A stretch of DNA of 64,000 nt from a virus: positions 106,222-170,221 of IMG/VR virus record IMGVR_UViG_3300046758_000611, one strand, 5' to 3'. Below, in pieces: positions 59,703 through 64,000 of the stretch (position 1 is the first letter of the stretch; each line of letters opens with the position of its first letter). A model generated the notes under the pieces. It was not told the origin of the DNA, did not search any database, and saw only the letters and a program-made list of their open reading frames with translations. The position numbers and the translations under genes are program-made.

Positions 59703-60359
59703 TTACAAATAAAGTTTCAGTAAATTTTCCAAAGAACCATCTTTGATTCCATCTTTAACTGTTGTACTAAAAAATGTAGTTGAACCACATTCTATATTTT
59801 CATAGTGATAGTAATTATGAAGTTCATCATCAACAGTAGCAGACTTGGTGTTTATGTGAAAATGAGTATATTTGTTTTCTGCTACGATGTTTTTTAAATT
59901 CTTGTACAATGAATAAGTTTTTAATTTTGATGTTCTTTTCAAATGACCACACATAAAATCACCCCAACTTCTTTCGCATATCTTTTGAGCATAATCAAGA
60001 TCAGTCTGTGGATTAAATGCAATTACCGCATCAGCATTAAGTTTGCTTCCGAATAAAATAGATGCGTAACCACCTGCACTAACACTCATCGTTACAACTT
60101 TGTCGTGTGATTGAAAATATTTTTTGAAAAATGCAAGTGAGTGTGTGATATTATTTCCAACTCCTTCAATTTTACTTAAATACCAATTTTTGAGATTATC
60201 TCTGACAAATAAATAATTTGCATAAATATTCATATTAGATAAACTTTTTCTAAATTCGAATACTGATTCATTATCAACGAACTTAGAAATATTACTTGCA
60301 AACGCAATAACAAGATTTTTACTTTTATTGTCGTAAAACTCGTATCCACATGAACTCAT
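59703..60359 (-). CDS. Alpha/beta-hydrolase-like protein
   Basis: SVSAGGYASILFG, AFNPQT. Confidence 0.65.
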   Translation of the reverse strand: MSSCGYEFYDNKSKNLVIAFASNISKFVDNESVFEFRKSLSNMNIYANYLFVRDNLKNWYLSKIEGVGNNITHSLAFFKKYFQSHDKVVTMSVSAGGYASILFGSKLNADAVIAFNPQTDLDYAQKICERSWGDFMCGHLKRTSKLKTYSLYKNLKNIVAENKYTHFHINTKSATVDDELHNYYHYENIECGSTTFFSTTVKDGIKDGSLENLLKLYL

Positions 60360-60382
60360 TTATATAAATATAAACGGAATTA

Positions 60383-60829
60383 TTATTTGAATACTTTACA
60401 TTTATTGTCGTTATATGTGAATCCCTCAACAGTATGAGGAAAGTTTAAGAAAATAGTATCACCAAAATCTGTTGTATTATTGATAGACGGAGTATTTGTA
60501 AAGTAATGAAAATGTTCTCCGTTTGATCCTACTAGAATATCACATAACTCATTTTTATTTCTTATTTTAATAACTACACCTGTTTGAACATCATACATTT
60601 CTTTAAATTCATTATCATCTTCATGATCTAATACTTCCGCAGAAATTTCCAAAGTAGTTGGTTTAGTTATTCTAGTGTCTAGTCTTGGTTCATGGTCATT
60701 TTTAAAAAGCAATGATACTAAAATTCCTTCATTCATAGAATTTCCAATTGCTATTTCGTGTGGATTGCAATATTCGTTTCCATCAGGATCTTCGTGGGAA
60801 ATTTCACATATTACAATATCATCAAACAT
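60383..60829 (-). CDS. Hypothetical acidic protein
   Basis: 148 aa ORF. Confidence 0.55.
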   Translation of the reverse strand: MFDDIVICEISHEDPDGNEYCNPHEIAIGNSMNEGILVSLLFKNDHEPRLDTRITKPTTLEISAEVLDHEDDNEFKEMYDVQTGVVIKIRNKNELCDILVGSNGEHFHYFTNTPSINNTTDFGDTIFLNFPHTVEGFTYNDNKCKVFK

Positions 60830-60910
60830 ATTCTTACTTTAAAGCAAAGCATTCAATGGTGCAACGATAAAAATATTATAAAAACTAATATTTATATAAC
60901 AAGGAGATTG

Positions 60911-61579
60911 ATGATGAAATTAAATATAACAAATAAATTAAAAAATATTTGCTGGAGTTGTTTGGCATTTGTGGCAATTGGTATAACGATAGTTTTTATG
61001 GCAGGTTCAAGTTGTAAAACAAAAACAGATATGCGTGAGTTAATTGATATACCAGTTATGAGTGGAGAAGATATAGAAAATTCTTTCCAAAATAAGAATT
61101 ATATTGATCGTCATACGATTGGTAGACACTTTTCAATGCAAAAATCAGCAAACTGGGTTCAAACGAAAGTTCCTACTGACTTTAAAGTTGTAATGCTTGA
61201 TACTCGTTATCGTTATGTTGATTATTATCATTTTCGCAAATTTAATAATTGGTTTAAAAAACTTATGTTTGAAGCAGGAATTCAACCTGGTATTGAAAAC
61301 AATCATCAAGCACTTGATTGTGATAACTTCGCAATGTTATGCAAATCACTTATGGGTGTTAGTGCATATAAAAGTGGAGATAAACTTGAAATGGGAGTAG
61401 CAGTAATTGTTGTTCGTCAAGTCAATGAATTTGGTGGAATACCAGGAACCGGTGGACTTCATATGCTGAATTTGATATTTACACCAGGTAAGTGGCTCAT
61501 TTACGAACCACAAACCAATGAATATATTCGTCTTGAAGATTATCCAAATCAAGAATTCGTTCAATATATGATTTTATGA
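60911..61579 (+). CDS. Exported/lipoprotein with papain/transglutaminase-like Cys-His-Glu domain
   Basis: AAGGAG SD; hydrophobic N-terminus ending AGSSC; DCDNFA, HMLN, YEPQ. Confidence 0.6.
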   Translation: MMKLNITNKLKNICWSCLAFVAIGITIVFMAGSSCKTKTDMRELIDIPVMSGEDIENSFQNKNYIDRHTIGRHFSMQKSANWVQTKVPTDFKVVMLDTRYRYVDYYHFRKFNNWFKKLMFEAGIQPGIENNHQALDCDNFAMLCKSLMGVSAYKSGDKLEMGVAVIVVRQVNEFGGIPGTGGLHMLNLIFTPGKWLIYEPQTNEYIRLEDYPNQEFVQYMIL

Positions 61580-62208
61580 AACCTCATAAATTTAAAAAAC
61601 TAGGAAGACAAAATTTATTGATTATTTTTCAATCAATGAATGCACATTTATATAAAGAAGAAAATGCAAATAAATTTGAACTTGAAGGTACATTTTCAAA
61701 ACCAGAAAATGATGTAAGTTCTTGTGATTATTTATTTATCAAAGATGAAATTAGGCCTGCTCTTGGTGGTGGATGGTATTTAAATCCAAGTGAATCTGTA
61801 TACGAACTTATAGATTTTTTAAGTAAGCAGAAAAAAGATTACAACAAAATTTGTGCAACAGGTATTAGTGCAGGAGGATTTGCTAGTATACTATTTGGTA
61901 GTTTGTGTATGTTTGATTTAGTTCTCGCAGTTGACCCTCAAACAATCTTATATGATTTTGAAACTAATAAACCTCTTCATAATGCAGATGATACCTATTT
62001 AGACTTAAAACCACACATTAACAATACCACAAAGTATTATATGTATAATAATGGTAAAGAAAAGTATAAAGAGTGTGACTTTGATGGTAAACTCCACCAT
62101 AAAATTAATTCATATAGACTTAGAAAATTTGATAATGTATTTGTTGAAAGATTTGGTAATGTAGCAAGTGGTAATTGGAAATCAATCTTAAAAAACAACG
62201 GGTTTTAA
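61576..62208 (+). CDS. Alpha/beta-hydrolase-like protein (paralog of 59703-60359)
   Basis: GISAGGFASILFG, AVDPQT. Confidence 0.65.
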   Translation: MKPHKFKKLGRQNLLIIFQSMNAHLYKEENANKFELEGTFSKPENDVSSCDYLFIKDEIRPALGGGWYLNPSESVYELIDFLSKQKKDYNKICATGISAGGFASILFGSLCMFDLVLAVDPQTILYDFETNKPLHNADDTYLDLKPHINNTTKYYMYNNGKEKYKECDFDGKLHHKINSYRLRKFDNVFVERFGNVASGNWKSILKNNGF

Positions 62209-62253
62209 GAAATTTAATCTAAATCACTTTTCTTTAATATTTTTTTATTTATC

Positions 62254-63093
62254 ATGACCAAAATTAAACTACTTAATTACGGAAATTGTCAACTTTGTGT
62301 TGTCAGTAACTACTTAGAAAAATACTTTTCAAACGAATTTGATATAATATCATGCGAAGATTTTAATTTAGAAACTTTTTGGAATAAATCAAAAACCTTT
62401 TGTGTTTGGAAACGAGGATATAATAAAGAAAATCAAAACAAATATTATAAACGTGTTCACGAAAAAATTGCAGAAGCAGATGTTTTTCTTTTTCAAGATC
62501 ATAGTGGAAATAATAACATTGATTATTTAAAAACCGAGTATCTTCAAAACGAAATAGCAAAAAAACATAACACTCGATGTATTGCAGTTCACAATTATTG
62601 CGAACAGGATATTTATCCGGATCGTAAATGGATGATAAAATACGCAGTTTCACAGGATATTACCGATGCAAATGAAATTGATGCGTTTCTTCGCAAAAGT
62701 AGTGATTCTTATTTTGCGGAATATATGAAAAAAAGTTTTAAAAAATCAAGAATTCAAAATAAAGAATGGGAAAATAAAGCAAATAATATTTACGATGATT
62801 ATATTTCCATGAATGATTTTATTATGGATAACTACGACAAAAAATTGCTAAGTCATTCATTATATCACCCAACTGAACATTATTTTGCGGAATTTACCAC
62901 TAGAATTTTAAACAAATTTAATTTAAAATTTGATGAAAGCACGATTTGTGAATTTGATCAACCAAATTTTATTGGGCATCCGTATGAGTATGAGTTTTTT
63001 AATAAAGCATTTCCTAATATCACTGACTCTTGTATAAGAAATGATGATCTTACTGCTAAAAAAATAAATTCTATTTTAAGAAATTTACTCTAA
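62254..63093 (+). CDS. WcbI-like polysaccharide biosynthesis protein
   Basis: YGNCQ, ADVFLFQ, LYHPT. Confidence 0.7.
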   Translation: MTKIKLLNYGNCQLCVVSNYLEKYFSNEFDIISCEDFNLETFWNKSKTFCVWKRGYNKENQNKYYKRVHEKIAEADVFLFQDHSGNNNIDYLKTEYLQNEIAKKHNTRCIAVHNYCEQDIYPDRKWMIKYAVSQDITDANEIDAFLRKSSDSYFAEYMKKSFKKSRIQNKEWENKANNIYDDYISMNDFIMDNYDKKLLSHSLYHPTEHYFAEFTTRILNKFNLKFDESTICEFDQPNFIGHPYEYEFFNKAFPNITDSCIRNDDLTAKKINSILRNLL

Positions 63094-63381
63094 ATCACCT
63101 TCTTTGTGTGTTTCTACAACACAATCTTCAAGAGGTTTTGCAACACAACTAAGAAAATAACCTTCTGAGATTTGCTCATCATCAAGAAACAATTGATCTT
63201 CTTGTTCTACACTTCCACTTATTAGTTTGCAGGTGCAACTTGAGCAACTTCCATTTCTGCACGAATATGGTAAGTTGTGACCAGCATCTTCTGCTGATTC
63301 AAGGATGCTAATATCCTCATCGCATTCAAACCCAGATTCATCTCCTTCAGGAGATTTAATTGTTATTTTGTATTCTGCCAT
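63085..63381 (-). CDS. Plant-type [2Fe-2S] ferredoxin
   Basis: LPYSCRNGSCSSC...LSCVA. Confidence 0.95.
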   Translation of the reverse strand: MAEYKITIKSPEGDESGFECDEDISILESAEDAGHNLPYSCRNGSCSSCTCKLISGSVEQEDQLFLDDEQISEGYFLSCVAKPLEDCVVETHKEGDLE

Positions 63382-63430
63382 AATCTATAAGTATTTAGTT
63401 ACCAACTACAATTATATTTTTATTGGTTTG

Positions 63431-64000
63431 TTATTTAAGTTTCTCGTATCCATTCCAAGTTTTAATACCATGTATAGCAAATGCTCCGTTGCTACGACTA
63501 TCAAGTGCGTGTTTTATATCTGTTTCATATATATGATGTTTACTAAATTGATTTCCTTCATTTTCTTTTATATTTGCCAATTCAACTGCAAGAGCAATAA
63601 ATCTATCAGGTGATGCACCATATGGATATGTCATTGTATTGTATTTGTTTAATATCTTACAAACTTTGAGTAAATTTATAGCATTGTTTTTTCCACAAAT
63701 AATTAATGGCCAATGCCACCACTTCAAATTCAATTCAGTATTTACTTTTTTGCAACCGGTGAAACCTTCATTTTGTGGTGGATAATCCCAAAACCAAACA
63801 TCAGGTTCTATTAGGATAATATGTGCATTTTCAGGATCATCTGACAATGAAATACATTTATCAAGAGTTCCAACTAAACGATTAATTAAGTTAAAGTTAA
63901 TATCTTGTTTAATTTCAAAATTAGGATAACTATCCGAACCGATAGATATTTTATATGAATCAGAATCACTCCAAAATTCTTTATCACCACCTGAAAATAG
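63431..64000 (-). CDS. Hypothetical protein, 5'-truncated by the window edge
   Basis: Frame stays open from 63847 to the window end; IEPD, HGIK. Confidence 0.6.
   Translation of the reverse strand, partial: LFSGGDKEFWSDSDSYKISIGSDSYPNFEIKQDINFNLINRLVGTLDKCISLSDDPENAHIILIEPDVWFWDYPPQNEGFTGCKKVNTELNLKWWHWPLIICGKNNAINLLKVCKILNKYNTMTYPYGASPDRFIALAVELANIKENEGNQFSKHHIYETDIKHALDSRSNGAFAIHGIKTWNGYEKLK

Overview
AT-rich, densely coding 64-kb fragment of a large T4-superfamily-like (jumbo/huge) bacteriophage, standard genetic code. Phage markers: family-B DNA polymerase, gp45-type sliding clamp, clamp loader, rIIA/rIIB, dUTPase and an 8-tRNA cluster. It also carries host-like genes (dnaK, dnaJ, infA, ClpP-like protease, M29 aminopeptidase, two glutamate dehydrogenases, 2Fe-2S ferredoxin), two glycan-modification clusters (1-9.7 kb, 57.3-63.1 kb) and four amino-type DNA methyltransferase-like genes. 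A gene-poor, repeat-rich stretch at about 53.8-57.3 kb looks like an origin or genome-end region. Most notable observations: (1) a 16-bp motif TCGAGVRAAWWTTTTT sits in two mirror-oriented clusters inside unrelated genes, both pointing at the gene-poor region; (2) two methyltransferases downstream of polB end in the same C-terminal FF motif as the polymerase (possible clamp tethering); (3) a GNAT-like/2OG-oxygenase + PLP enzyme + SAM-transferase operon may hypermodify DNA bases; (4) a tandem NADP-type plus NAD-type GDH pair; (5) a lipase-GDPD fusion, a SET protein near an Hc1-like protein, a triple-zincin protein and a four-member tandem paralog family. DnaK and a Trp-rich repeat protein hint at a Verrucomicrobia host (recollection-based inference). 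All calls come from motif reading by eye; no database searches were run.
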